A stretch of DNA of 64,000 nucleotides from Acidimicrobiia bacterium (lineage in GTDB: Bacteria; Actinomycetota; Acidimicrobiia; Spongiisociales; ZC4RG35): the NCBI GenBank assembly GCA_965203555.1, contig CBDBCY010000004.1, positions 2,752,001-2,816,000 of the forward strand, written 5' to 3'. Made by a program: the position numbers and the translations under genes. Within the stretch, counting starts at the first letter, position 1; the number at the start of each line of letters is the position of its first letter. The notes beneath the pieces were generated by a model that ran no database searches, had not been told where the DNA came from, and worked only from the letters and a program-made list of their open reading frames with translations. Below, one piece after another: positions 9,730-19,327 of the stretch.

Positions 9730-12429
9730 ATGAGCGTTCGCATGATCGAACGATGGTTTCCCTGCGCCGAGGTGTCCGAGCAGTCCGCCCGCGGCTGGGG
9801 GAGAGGCTTCGCCGAGAAAAGCCTATTCACCTGGTTCGCCTCCCGACCACTGGCACAAGCCAAAGCCGCGGTGATCTGTTCGCTGTTGCCCTGGCCCCCC
9901 GAACCGGAAGAACAGGAACGCCTCAAGGAACTCGTACGCCGGGCTATGACCGACTACGACGCGGCCAACCGCGAGTTGCGAGACGAACTGGCCCAGCACT
10001 ACCCGAACGGAGCGAAACTGTGCGACCCGTTCTCAGGACGGGCCATGATCCCCCTCGAAGCAGCCCGCCTGGGAGTCCAAGCGTGGGGAATCGACTACTC
10101 ACCGGTAGCCACCCTGTCGGGAATGCTATTAGCGGACTGGCCCATGCGCGACTGGAACAACGAACCCGACCTGCCCTTCGACGGCTACCAAGAACACAAG
10201 ACGAAACATTTCACCGAACCCCGACTCCTGCGCGACGTGCGGTTCGTTCTCGACCTAGTGGGAGACCGCTACGAACAAGCCATGGACCAGTTCTACCCCA
10301 AAGTAGACGGGAAACGCCCGTGGGGATATGTGTGGGCCGTCACCCTGCCCTGCGTGAACTGCGGCAACCGGTTTCCTCTCACTGGGAGTTTGAAGTTGCG
10401 CAATCCGGGAGTGCGGAAGGGCCTAGCAGATCCTGGACAGTCCTATCGGATCGTAGCCGATACCGAGTCAGGAACGTTCTGGACAGAAGTACATGATGGA
10501 TCACCGGTTGACCAACCCACCTTGGTAAAGGTCAAAGGCAAGCGGGGTAAAACAGCCATCTGTTGCTTCTGCCAACAGGCCCACCCACTGGACACAACCA
10601 GGCGTCTCATGAAAGACCAACTAGGCGAGGATGCTTTGATGGTGGTAGCCGATCACGACCCAGACACGCTTCGCCGATACCGGGTACCAGTTAAAGCTGA
10701 CGAAGCGGGCTTGTCAGGTGTTGATAAAGCGATGAGGATCGAATCTCCTTTCGGAATAGGCTTACCAGCGGTACCCATCGAAAGTATCGATCCACTTCAT
10801 CCAACACTTCGGCCTGTCGGGTATGGATATGACACCTGGGGAGGTTTATGCAATGCCCGGCAGACACTGGGCTTCATTCGGCTGGCCCGCATAATCAACA
10901 GTCTGTACGAAGACATGACTGTCCATGCAACGTTCAGCGCCGAATACGCAACAGCCTTGACGGGCTATGCCGCTTCCAACTTGGTGCGGCGACTAAAACG
11001 AAGCACAAGAAGTGCCACCCTCGGGGTGTCAAGACAGGACACCGGACACATCTATTTCAATGATTCAGGAATTAGCCACAGTTTTGATTACTTCGAGACC
11101 GGGTGCGGCATAGGCCCCGGAACCTGGTCTTCTCTTGGAGTCCACACCGTAAGAAGCCTGGCTAAACAAGTGGACCGGGTGGATGGTCGTCAGGCGATTA
11201 TTCAGCGAGGTTCAGCTACGGAACTGCCACTCTTGGACGGGTCGATGGATGCCGTGGTGACTGACCCACCCTACGACAACATGATCAACTACTGCGATTC
11301 TTCTGATCTGCTATTCGTGTGGTTGAAGCGGGCTTTAGTGACATCTGTACCGTGGTTTGGGATCACCACCGACCCCCACGGACTCCAAGAGAAGACTAAC
11401 GAAGCTGTGATTAAGTGTGGCAAACTCGGTGATGACCATCGTACGGAGTCGCATTACAAAGCGACTATCACAAAAGCCTTCGACCAGGCCCGCCTTAAAA
11501 CTCATCTGGACGGGATAGTCAGTGTTGTGTTTGGTCACGGTGATCCTGACGCGTGGACCCGAGTGCTTACGGCGATCACAGATGCGGGTCTGGTGCTTAC
11601 CGGTTCCTGGCCATGCAGTACCGAACAGGGTGGCAAGCAGACAGGGCAGTTCATTGACAACACGATCATGATGGCTACCCGTGCCGCTCAACCGAACCGC
11701 TCCGTAGGTGATCTTCGCCTCGTTTCCGAGCAAATACGGGAAGAGATTGCCCAACGGGTGCCCGTGTGGACTGCTGATGGGTTGGCAGACTCGGACCAGC
11801 GCATGGCAGCCATCGCCCCGGCTATGGAGGTTGTGGGACGCTACGAAAAGGTGCTAAATTTCACCGGCCAGCCGGTCCCCATAGAAACGTTTCTCGGTTT
11901 GGCGCATCAGGCCGTAGAAGACGCGGCCGACATCCGCATCGACGAGTTCCGCTTAGCCGATTTCGACGAGCGCACCCGGTTTGCTCTGTCATGGGCGCGG
12001 TTGTATGGCAGGAGAGTGGGCGCGGGTTCGGCTGCCCGATGGCAGCGGCTGTCCTACGACGTGACCGAAGCGGATGTGGCGGGAATACTGGTCAAGACCA
12101 GAGGTGGGCAACGGCTGGCCTATGGAATCGAGACTGCCAAACCCTCCCTGGATATCGACAGCGGCTTGATAGATGTCCTGCTGGCTATTGCCGAGTTGGG
12201 GCGTTCCCCGCGGGAGATCGCCACCCTTCTTCATATTGTGGGTCGGGACACCGACGAGCAGTTGTGGGCGGCGATGGGCGAAATGGCCCGGCTTGTTGGT
12301 GAAACCGACCAGGACGGGCAAACGTGGACATGGACGGTCCGTAACCGAAACTTCATCCGCGAGCAAGCGGCACGGACACAAGACCAGCGAGACAGGCCGG
12401 TCGAAACCGGGCAGGGCACCCTCCTATAG
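9730..12429 (+). CDS. DUF1156-family N6-adenine DNA methyltransferase with Zn-ribbon insert
   Basis: N-terminal LFTWFASRPL, motif I DPFSGRAMIPLEA, CVNC..CCFC, motif IV TDPPY. ATG 9730. Confidence 0.9.
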   Translation: MSVRMIERWFPCAEVSEQSARGWGRGFAEKSLFTWFASRPLAQAKAAVICSLLPWPPEPEEQERLKELVRRAMTDYDAANRELRDELAQHYPNGAKLCDPFSGRAMIPLEAARLGVQAWGIDYSPVATLSGMLLADWPMRDWNNEPDLPFDGYQEHKTKHFTEPRLLRDVRFVLDLVGDRYEQAMDQFYPKVDGKRPWGYVWAVTLPCVNCGNRFPLTGSLKLRNPGVRKGLADPGQSYRIVADTESGTFWTEVHDGSPVDQPTLVKVKGKRGKTAICCFCQQAHPLDTTRRLMKDQLGEDALMVVADHDPDTLRRYRVPVKADEAGLSGVDKAMRIESPFGIGLPAVPIESIDPLHPTLRPVGYGYDTWGGLCNARQTLGFIRLARIINSLYEDMTVHATFSAEYATALTGYAASNLVRRLKRSTRSATLGVSRQDTGHIYFNDSGISHSFDYFETGCGIGPGTWSSLGVHTVRSLAKQVDRVDGRQAIIQRGSATELPLLDGSMDAVVTDPPYDNMINYCDSSDLLFVWLKRALVTSVPWFGITTDPHGLQEKTNEAVIKCGKLGDDHRTESHYKATITKAFDQARLKTHLDGIVSVVFGHGDPDAWTRVLTAITDAGLVLTGSWPCSTEQGGKQTGQFIDNTIMMATRAAQPNRSVGDLRLVSEQIREEIAQRVPVWTADGLADSDQRMAAIAPAMEVVGRYEKVLNFTGQPVPIETFLGLAHQAVEDAADIRIDEFRLADFDERTRFALSWARLYGRRVGAGSAARWQRLSYDVTEADVAGILVKTRGGQRLAYGIETAKPSLDIDSGLIDVLLAIAELGRSPREIATLLHIVGRDTDEQLWAAMGEMARLVGETDQDGQTWTWTVRNRNFIREQAARTQDQRDRPVETGQGTLL

Positions 12430-12451
12430 GAAAGACACGAAAAGAGCAGTT

Positions 12452-15355
12452 ATGACCAACTCCCCGACTCCGTGGTGGAACATCATGACCCTCCGTCCAG
12501 AGGTGATCACTTCCGGCGGGATCATTTCCGACGTGCGGATGTCGCTCCACAGCGCGGCCATAGCCAGCGGCGTACGCGCTCCCTACTCACGTCCCGACTA
12601 CTACGGAGATATCACCCACCCGGCGGGAAGCCTGGTGGACTTCATGGCCCGGGTGGCGGTGCGTCTCGGGGTTCCCTACTCAACACAGACCCCAGCGGTT
12701 TGGAGACTCGATCAGGCAATGGGAGGGGGAAAGTCCCATGGGCTGGTCGGTCTTTGGCATCTTGCCACCCACCCTCGGCTACTGGCTGCCACCGACCTGG
12801 GTCAACAGGTCATCAAATCCGCTCTTGAAATCACCGGCCGACCCGTCGATCCCGATCTGAACAGTCCCCGCTGTGTGGTGTTGGACTGCGACAACACCAC
12901 CGCCACCGAAGAAGACTTCGGACCCGCCAAATCCCTTGGGGAGAGGTTCCTGTGGCGTTTGTTCCAACCCGACCACAACCCCTACGAAAAATACCGCCCG
13001 CACCTAACGAACAAAGCCAAACTAGGCGAGGCCCTCCAAACCGCAGGCCGTCCGGTCCTGGTGCTGATAGACGAGATCATGGACTACCTGCGGGTCACAG
13101 CCGTTAGCGACTACGACCAGGCTGTACTGGACATGGGATTCATCCGAGCCATGTTGGAAGCGGTCAACAACACTCCCAACTGCGCCATGGTCGTGGCGAT
13201 GATCGCGTCCGACAAGGACAACATGGCCATGACCGAAAAAGGAACCCAACTACGGGCCGAGATGGAAGGACAGCTTCGTCGACACGCTTCCATTACTGCT
13301 GTCACCTCCGGTGGGGACTTCGCCGACATAATCCAAAAACGACTGTTCACTAATCCTCCCCCCGGCGACATCACCGATCTGATATCGGACTCATATGCTG
13401 ACGCTATTACGCCGGCGTGGCAGAACAAGGTGTTCAAGAGATTGAACCATCCCGGCCGGGACGAGTTCCGCCGACAAGTGGCACGGTCGTATCCATTCCA
13501 CCCCAATCTGATCGCTTTGGCGGAGGACGAATGGGCAACCCATGCCGGTTTCCAAAAGGTCAGGTCCACGATCAACGTGTTCGCCTTAGCCGTTTATGAA
13601 CAAACCCGCCGGGGACAATCCGGCGAATGGGCACCACCGCTGATCGACAGCGGCGACCTTCCCCTCGACCATCCGCCCCTCCGAGACGCGTTGCTCAACT
13701 CCGGACTGGTAGAGGACCAAAAAACCAGCGCCAACCTGCGGGAGGTCGCCACCATAGACATAGCCGACCCGCACAATCCCTCCCGGGGAACCGCCCACCA
13801 ACTCGACGCCACACGAGAGCAAACATGGACTTGGGCTGCTCGCAACCCGCGGGCGGCGGAACGAATGGCCACTGCCATGTTCGTTCGGTCTCTCAACCCC
13901 CGGGTGGGAGGGACACGGGGTGCCACCGAAGCAGAAATCCTCGCCGCGTCTTTCGTTCCCACCGGAGGATACGAAACCGGCGACGCCGAAACCGTGTTCG
14001 GACAACTGGTCGAATCCGACCAGGGCATGGCCTCGGTTGACTTCATCCCCGGGCAGGGTCGCCGGGTTCCCAAGCGATGGTTTTTCGAGACCCGCAAAAC
14101 ACTGGAAATGCTCACCCGGGCGGAAAAGACCAGCATTCCCGACGCCGACCGGGACAAAGCAATCACCGATCGGGCGTTCGCTATCGCCCAAAGAACCCGA
14201 AAGCCGTTCGACAAGGTACTACTCGTAGAAGGACCACCAGTCCCCAAAGACGGCGTGACCACAGAAAAAAGCCAGCAGGTACTCAAAGAAGAACTGACCG
14301 ACAGTCGAGAAACCCGCCTTGCCATCTTGGACTCCCGATGGTTCTCTCTGTTCAACGGCGACGACTCCGCCACCCGCGACGCGCTAGAAGCCGGGTTCGG
14401 TCTCGGACCCCGACCACTGAGCACCGAATGGGCATCCTCGCTGGTGTTCGCCTGCGCCAACACCCTCCTACGCGCCCAAGCCCGCGGTCTCGCCGCCGAA
14501 TGGCTGGCCCGCAAACGAGTCTCGGAACTGCCATCCGTCGTCGCCGACTCGGACATGCACCAAAAAGCCAAAGAAGAAACCCGTAAAGCGCAACAACAAT
14601 TAGACAAGCGGGTGAGGCTGTGCTACCAGCACATCGTCTATCTCGCCCCCAAAAGCACCCACCAACGACAGGTGGGATACATCCGGATCAAGAAAGACAC
14701 CAGCACCGCCCTCCAAGCCTCCGACGTGTGGGCCGAACTAAACACCCGAGAAAAAGCCTTCGCTCCCGCCCAGTTCAACAAACAGGCGTTGTTGCACATC
14801 CTACGGGAACGCGACTACGGTCGTCCGTTGCGGGAGATACGAGACATGTGGTGGTCCAACCCGCACAAACCTCTACTCCCCGACGGGGAACGGGAACTTC
14901 AACGCGCGATCTACGAGGCTGTCAGCAACGGCGAAGCAACCCTGGTAGGGGAAAACCGAGAACCCCAACACGTCACCCGAATAGGCGACATCAACTTGAA
15001 CCTCACCACGGTACGCCTGCAACCACCTACACCACCCCCATCCTCGTGCGCCAAATGCAGTCACCCAGTTGACGATTGCGAATGCCCACAATCACCTCCA
15101 CCTCCACCCCCACCTCCGCCAACAGGCAAGCATTGGCAGGTGAACCTCAACACTGCGGCCTCTATCAACACCGAACAAGGCAACGCCGACATCGCTTACC
15201 TGTTGCGACTGCTGGCCAACTACATCGAAGAGGGAAAAATCGAACGGATCAACGACATGGCCCAACTAATAGTCGTCGGCGACCAAGACGACGTGGACGC
15301 CATAGAAGAACTGGCAAAGGACATCGGATCCAACATCACCATCCGCAGAATCTGA
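12452..15355 (+). CDS. DUF499-family AAA+ ATPase
   Basis: PWW..MTLRPEV N-terminus, Walker A QAMGGGKSH, Walker B VLIDEI, SYPFHP, FQKVRS. ATG 12452 follows the methylase stop. Confidence 0.9.
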   Translation: MTNSPTPWWNIMTLRPEVITSGGIISDVRMSLHSAAIASGVRAPYSRPDYYGDITHPAGSLVDFMARVAVRLGVPYSTQTPAVWRLDQAMGGGKSHGLVGLWHLATHPRLLAATDLGQQVIKSALEITGRPVDPDLNSPRCVVLDCDNTTATEEDFGPAKSLGERFLWRLFQPDHNPYEKYRPHLTNKAKLGEALQTAGRPVLVLIDEIMDYLRVTAVSDYDQAVLDMGFIRAMLEAVNNTPNCAMVVAMIASDKDNMAMTEKGTQLRAEMEGQLRRHASITAVTSGGDFADIIQKRLFTNPPPGDITDLISDSYADAITPAWQNKVFKRLNHPGRDEFRRQVARSYPFHPNLIALAEDEWATHAGFQKVRSTINVFALAVYEQTRRGQSGEWAPPLIDSGDLPLDHPPLRDALLNSGLVEDQKTSANLREVATIDIADPHNPSRGTAHQLDATREQTWTWAARNPRAAERMATAMFVRSLNPRVGGTRGATEAEILAASFVPTGGYETGDAETVFGQLVESDQGMASVDFIPGQGRRVPKRWFFETRKTLEMLTRAEKTSIPDADRDKAITDRAFAIAQRTRKPFDKVLLVEGPPVPKDGVTTEKSQQVLKEELTDSRETRLAILDSRWFSLFNGDDSATRDALEAGFGLGPRPLSTEWASSLVFACANTLLRAQARGLAAEWLARKRVSELPSVVADSDMHQKAKEETRKAQQQLDKRVRLCYQHIVYLAPKSTHQRQVGYIRIKKDTSTALQASDVWAELNTREKAFAPAQFNKQALLHILRERDYGRPLREIRDMWWSNPHKPLLPDGERELQRAIYEAVSNGEATLVGENREPQHVTRIGDINLNLTTVRLQPPTPPPSSCAKCSHPVDDCECPQSPPPPPPPPPTGKHWQVNLNTAASINTEQGNADIAYLLRLLANYIEEGKIERINDMAQLIVVGDQDDVDAIEELAKDIGSNITIRRI

Positions 15356-15596
15356 AGCTGCTGGTCGCCTGATGCGATGGGTCCGGTCTGGAGTTCGGGA
15401 AAACTTGGGCGTCCCTAGTAACCATTGAAAACTCCGAGAAGGATTGCATGGAAGAACGGAAACCGCGGCAGTCCACGGCTAACTAGCTGACTAAATGAAA
15501 CCCCCAATACCCCACAACCGTGGTGCCGGGTCACTGGGGCATCCCTGATCGAAGCAAACGGCAGGAGCGACATCTGGAAAGAAGTGTCACACCCAA

Positions 15597-15633
15597 TGTG
15601 ATGACGATCATCTTTTTTGTGATGACGATCATC
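15597..15633 (+). repeat. tandem 16-bp repeat TGTGATGACGATCATC x2
   Basis: Exact copies at 15597 and 15618. The core GATGACGATCATC recurs at 15805. Confidence 0.8.
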
Positions 15634-15800
15634 ATCACCTAAACCCGGGGAACCCCAAACAGAGAGCAATCAAACATTGGAGGACACCGGCCACAATCCC
15701 CCGGACCGGTGCGCCCACCGCGCCGCTTTCGAAATCAAGCCCAGTGACCCACCACCACCCAAACGCCAATACTCAGCAGCCTCCTAGCAGGTCTCCTTTC

Positions 15801-15854
15801 GGTTGATGACGATCATCGAAAGTCCCCAGAGTCGATCATCGAAATTCCCCACCC
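15801..15854 (+). mobile_element. isolated IS21-family-like terminal repeat remnant
   Basis: CGATCATCGAAAGTCCCCA and CGATCATCGAAATTCCCCA at 23-bp period, ending AAATTCCCCACCC, as in IS21-type ends. No istA/istB present. Confidence 0.55.
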
Positions 15855-16352
15855 TGGTTTGGTGTTTTGCCTGGTCAGGGGGCATGGGCGTGGATAGTGT
15901 TTCCACTACATTGGGGGGTTTGGACCCTTTTTTAGGGTTGGGTGATGGTGGTTTTGTCCCAGGTGCGGGTGTCGACTCCGATAGCGGCGAGTGCCCGGGT
16001 TTGGAGGGGGGTTCGTCGGGTGGTGAGGGTGATCTGGTGTTTGTTGGTGGTCAGGTTCACGCGGCGGATGCGGTTGAGCATCCTTAGTGCCCGGGCGGCG
16101 GTGAGGTGTTGGTGGTCGAGGTCGGGATCCCGTACATCGGCTTGGGTGAGAGCGCGGGTGATAAGCGTTTCCATGAGGGCGGCGTAAACACAGACTGCCA
16201 CATGCCCGCGGACCCGTTTTTCGGTCCAGTGTCTTACCGGTCGCAGTCGTAGGAAGTCTTTGAGCACCCGGAACCTGGTCTCAACCTTTTGCAACTGCCG
16301 GTAAGCGGCCACGATCTGGGTGGTGTCGGCCTGGGCGGTGGTGAGACTGGTG

Positions 16353-17756
16353 GGGCTTGTCAAATCGTCTGTGTGAGGGGGTGGGTTCATGGGTTTCAGT
16401 GGGTTAGGTTCATTCGGTTTGGGAAGTGGATTTCGAGTTGGTTGAGGGCTGTTTTCCAGCCGTGGGTTCCGGTGCCGAGGTTGCCTCCTCTCTTGTTGGT
16501 AATGTTGCGAGCGGCCAGGCGCAGCAGCTTCAGAGCTGATTGGTCGGTAGGGAAATGGCCTCTGGTTTTGGTGACTTTCCGCAACTGGTAGTGAACGCTT
16601 TCCACCAGGTTCGTGGTGTACACCACCCGGCGAAGCTCGGGAGGGAACCGCAGGAACGGGGTGAACTCTTCCCAGGCGCGTCGCCATATTCGTATCACTC
16701 CCGGGTAGCGGTTTCCCCATTGGTCGTCGAGTTCGTCCAACGCCTGGGCGGCTGTTTCGGCGTTCACCGCGGTGTACACGGCCCGCAGCCCTCTGACCAC
16801 CGTTTTGCGGTCTTTCCAGCTGCAAAGCCGCATAGAGGCCCGTATCAGGTGTATGACACAGGTCTGGACCAGCGCCTGAGGCCAAGTGGCCTCAATCGCG
16901 TCCGGGAGTCCTTTCAGACCGTCACAGCACACGATCAGCACGTCCTCGAGGCCTCGGTGGCGTATCTCGGTCAGCACTGACAGCCAGTACTTGGCGCCTT
17001 CGCTGCCGTCGCCCAACCACACACCCAGGACGTGTTTGCGTCCGTCCACATCGACGCCGACCACCACATACGCTGGGCGGTTGACAACAGTTCCGTCGGT
17101 TCGGACCTTGATGACCATGGCGTCTATGTACAGCAGGGGATAGCACCTGTCAAGGGGCCGGTTCTGCCATTCGGTGAGCTCCTCGACGATCCCGTCGGTG
17201 ACCTTGGACACCAGCGCCGGCGACACATCCACACCGTACATGCGCTTCAACTCCGAACGGATATCACGGGTGGACAGACCCCGGGCGTACAGGGCCACGA
17301 TGTTGGCGTTGAAGCCCTCCAAGCGCCGGGCGCCCTTCGGAACGATCTTCGGTTCGAACGTGGCGTTACGGTCACGGGGCACGTCCAGGTCCACCGCGCC
17401 GATCTCGGTAAGGACCTGTTTGGGAGTGGTCCCGTTCCGGCTGTTGCCCGTCCCATGGCCGATCGGGTCACCGTGCTCATAGCCCAGATGATCGGTCAGC
17501 TCCTCAGAAAGGGCCCGCTCCAGCACAGGCTTGGACTATCTCGGCCAACACACCATCGGGACCAAGCAGATCCACACCACCCGCCGCCGCATCAGAAACG
17601 ACCGCTTCCACGAGCTCGTCGGACACCACACCAGCAGCCACACCAGCCGGCTCCGCCATCACATGTTCAGTCATACATCATCTCCTCTCAGGCCGGGCTC
17701 TCACACCAGCCAAACAAATCAGAGAACCCACCTCACACAAACATTTATACAGGCTC
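16353..17756 (-). mobile_element. IS256-family element with 8-bp target duplication
   Basis: Imperfect IRs GGGCTTGTCAAATCGTCTGTGTGAGG / GAGCCTGTATAAATGTTTGTGTGAGG; GACTGGTG duplicated at 16345-16352 and 17757-17764. Confidence 0.93.
16396..17674 (-). pseudogene. IS256 transposase with frameshift near 17527
   Basis: NSRNG, VPRDR, CCDGLKG, YTTNLVES. The N-terminal MTEHV...LLGPDGVLAEI from ATG 17674 is out of frame with VLERAL. Confidence 0.85.
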
Positions 17757-19327
17757 GACTGGTGGTCAGCACGTAACGACCCGCCAGCAGCTTTTCATAG
17801 TCATGGTTGTCTTCGTTGTAGTGGTAAAGAAAACGCCCCGGGCCGATCTCCAAGTCGAACAACCGGGCGACCCGGCCGGTGCCGAGGATTCGTTGGGCGG
17901 CTCTCCCGATCTTGGCGGGGTCTTTGACCCCACCGGCGCGGACACGGCGTTCCAACGCCAACAACCGGGTTTCGGCTGTCTTGACGATCTGGGCGGTGCG
18001 TCGGGTGTCCCGCCGAGCACGGGCATCGGACTCGACCACCACAGTGCGGGTACCGTCCTCAAGGACGATGTCCGCCGCTCTGCTGCCGGGCTGGGATAGC
18101 TCCACCCATGCCGTGTCCCGGTCGACAGCGGCCAACGCTTGAGCAGTGATCGAGTCGCGACGCAGCCGGGTGGCCAACAGATGATCGTACCCGGCCCGGG
18201 CGACTGTTTCCAGGTTGGCGCCCGATACCAGACCCGGTCCGCTACTACACAGATTCGGCCTACCGCGAACCGCTTGGCCAGATCACCCAACACCTCGGCT
18301 AGGGTGGACGCGTCGTTGGTGTTGCCCGCGAACACATGATGGGCTATCGGGATCCCATCCTGTGTGCACAACAGACCGATCACTATCTGGGGTCGGTCCG
18401 GACGATGATCCCGCGAATACCCGAACACCCGCGACGGAAACCCTTCGGAGGATCGGGTGGAACCTTCGAAATAGGTGGACGTCAGGTCATAGCACACCAG
18501 CCGCAGGTTTAGGTTGGTCAAATCACATAACCGTCGATACAGATGCTCCTCGGTCTCCGCTTTGACATCGGCCACCGCGTCCAGGGCCCGGTAGTACTGG
18601 TCAAGCGACGGCGCCGACCACCCGGCCGGCATGACCACGTCATCGGTTGTCCATTCGGGCAGGCGACGTTTGGAACAAGGATCCACCAGCCGGTTGGCCA
18701 CCATCGCGAACACCGCATCCTCCAAAGCCCCAGCACCGCGTCTTCTGCCTATATGGGAGAAGAACCCGCCCAACTCCAGCTGATCCCACACCGCTTCTGC
18801 AGCTGCTACCCCTCCCACCGCAGGTGCCTGCTCGGCCGCTAACGCGTCGACATCGACGCGTCCTTTGTGCAGGTGGCGTTCCAACGCCGAAATGATGCGT
18901 CCCAACTGTCCGGTTTCGCGCAGAGCGGTGACTTCTCCCAGGCGAAGAAGGGTCCGATGAGCGACCTTCGACCCTTTGCGGACCGATTCCACCAACGACA
19001 GGTACTCGTACACCTTGTCGCCCCTCCGACGGCGGGAGGTCTTAACGAACACACCCCACAAAAACCCGCACCCCATCCCACCAACACAATGTCGCCACTA
19101 CAACACCCTACAGAACCAGCCCCTCACAACACAAAACCCCAGGTCAACACACCAATCACCGTCCATCCAACCCCCCGACCCGCCAAATTCCGGTCAAACC
19201 ATCCCCTGTTGTTCAAAGGACCATCCCCAAGGGCAACGACGCCGTCGGTTTTATATCCCACGCTGCTAGCCGCGAAAGGCGACCATCTGCGCAGTTGGGC
19301 GTGTCTGCAGTTCAGCTTAGGTGGGAC

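Larger units (their letters stand above)
15855..19193 (-). mobile_element. IS1634-family copy A (frameshifted, right IR lost, interrupted by IS256)
   Basis: Left IR ends at 19193. Transposase has YDLTSTYFEG and FGYSRDHRPD, a 1-nt deletion near 18230, a split at 17757/16352, and its stop at 15932. Confidence 0.9.

Noticed and set aside
12173-12451. N-terminal extensions in the ORF track (also 9601, 24062, 45235, 54704, 56111)
   Set aside because: They overlap neighbours or lack family similarity; downstream starts fit better.
15597-15854. CRISPR-like array
   Set aside because: Only pairs of short repeats without spacer-length unique sequence; no cas genes in the window.
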